Shown here: positions 62,901-64,000 of the stretch, piece after piece
Layout: the number at the start of each line of letters is the position of its first letter
Position numbering within the stretch: position 1 is the stretch's first letter
NCBI GenBank assembly: GCA_951406725.2
Contig: OX597814.1
Coordinates: forward strand, 8,122,001 to 8,186,000
Source of the DNA: Octopus vulgaris
Taxonomy: Eukaryota
DNA: 64,000 bases
Direction of reading: 5' to 3'
Position numbers and translations under genes: made by a program
Notes under the pieces: model-generated
What the model was told of the DNA's origin: nothing
Databases searched by the model: none
The model's input: the letters and a program-made list of their open reading frames with translations, nothing else

Positions 62901-64000
62901 AGACGGTGTTGCTCCTTGATCATAGCTAACACCTAAGAGACGGTGGTGTTCCTTGGTCATAGCTGACACATAAGAGACAATGTTGCTCCTTGGTCCTAGC
63001 TGACACAAAAGAGATGGGGTTGCTCCTTGGTCCAAGCTGACACTTAAGAGACGGTGTTGCTCATAGGTCATAGCTGGAATCTAAGAAAAGGTGTTGTTCC
63101 TTGGTCATAGCTGACACATGAAAGACGGTGTTGTTCGTTGGTCATAGCTGACACCCTAAGAGACGGTGTTGCTCCTTGGTCATAGCTGACACCTAAGACA
63201 CGTTGTTGCTCCTTGGTCATAACTGACACCTAAGAGACTATGTTGCTCCTTGGTCATAGATGACACATTAGGAGACGGTGTTGCGCTTTGGTCCGTGCTG
63301 ACACCTAAGAAACGGTGTTGTTCCTTGGTCATAGCTGACACCAAAGGGACAGAGTTGCTCCTTGGTCCTAGTTGACACACAAGAGACGGTGTTGTTCCTT
63401 GGTGATAGCTGACACCTAAGAGACGGTGCTGCACATTGGCCATAGCTGACACCTAAGAAACGGTGTTGTTCCTTGGTCATAGCTGACTCATGTAAGACAG
63501 TCATGCTCCTTGGTCATAGCTGACACATAAGTGAGAGTGTTGCTCCTTGGTCATAGCTGACACCTAATAGACGGTGTTGCTCCTTGGTCTGGCTGACACA
63601 TAAGAGCCGGTGTTGCTCCTTGGTCTGGCTGACATCTAAAAGCCGGTGTTGCTCCCTTGGTCCTAGCTGACACCTAAGAAACTGTGTTGGTCCTTGGTCA
63701 TAGCTGACACATTGAGAGACTGTGTTGCGCTTTGTTCCTTGCTGACACCTAAGAAACGGGGTTGTTCTTGGTCATAGTTGACACCTAAGGGACGGTGTTG
63801 CTCTTTAGTCCTAGCTGAAACATATGAGAAGGTATTGCTCCTTGGTCCTAGCTGACACCTAACTGACGGTGTTGCTCAATTTTCATAGCTGGCACATAAG
63901 AAACGGTGTTGTTCCTTGGTCATAGCTGACACATAGGAGACGGTGTTGCTCCTTGGTCATAGCTGACACATAGGAGACGGTGTTGCTCCTTGGTCATAGC
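56901..64000. repeat. 37-bp satellite array continued, ~190 copies, same orientation, runs off the window
   Basis: Same consensus as 36516-55493. Confidence 0.99.

Noticed and set aside
36541-63504. Many minus-strand ORFs (MSAMTKEQHRLL...)
   Set aside because: Translation artefacts of a 37-bp unit (not a multiple of 3) with frequent stops
36516-64000. CRISPR array (37-bp palindromic repeat)
   Set aside because: Units are contiguous with no unique spacers; no cas genes; eukaryotic context

Overview
This is repeat-dense, gene-free eukaryotic DNA; the SINE family and the (TA)n/(TATG)n landscape suggest an octopus-like cephalopod genome (inference). No host gene is evident. 1-36.5 kb is a nest of decayed mobile elements, several sitting in (TA)n tracts: CR1-type LINE fragments, two mariner copies, a full-length Naiad-type Penelope-like element (PLE) with hammerhead-bearing pseudo-LTRs, a complete Mag-type Gypsy element (LTRs, PBS, PPT, 5-bp TSD) with a mariner in gag, a second Gypsy pol, HERO-like, RTE, Tx1/L1-ORF1 and Merlin fragments, SINEs and two large palindromes. 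Three satellites are present, with units of 361 bp, 212/202 bp and 37 bp (the last fills 36.5-64 kb). The most notable signal is the 361-bp tandem array. Each highly structured monomer carries a minus-strand type I hammerhead ribozyme with a compensatory U3:A8 core variant, making it a candidate retrozyme/circRNA system next to a PLE that could mobilise it. About ten hammerhead motifs occur in the window.
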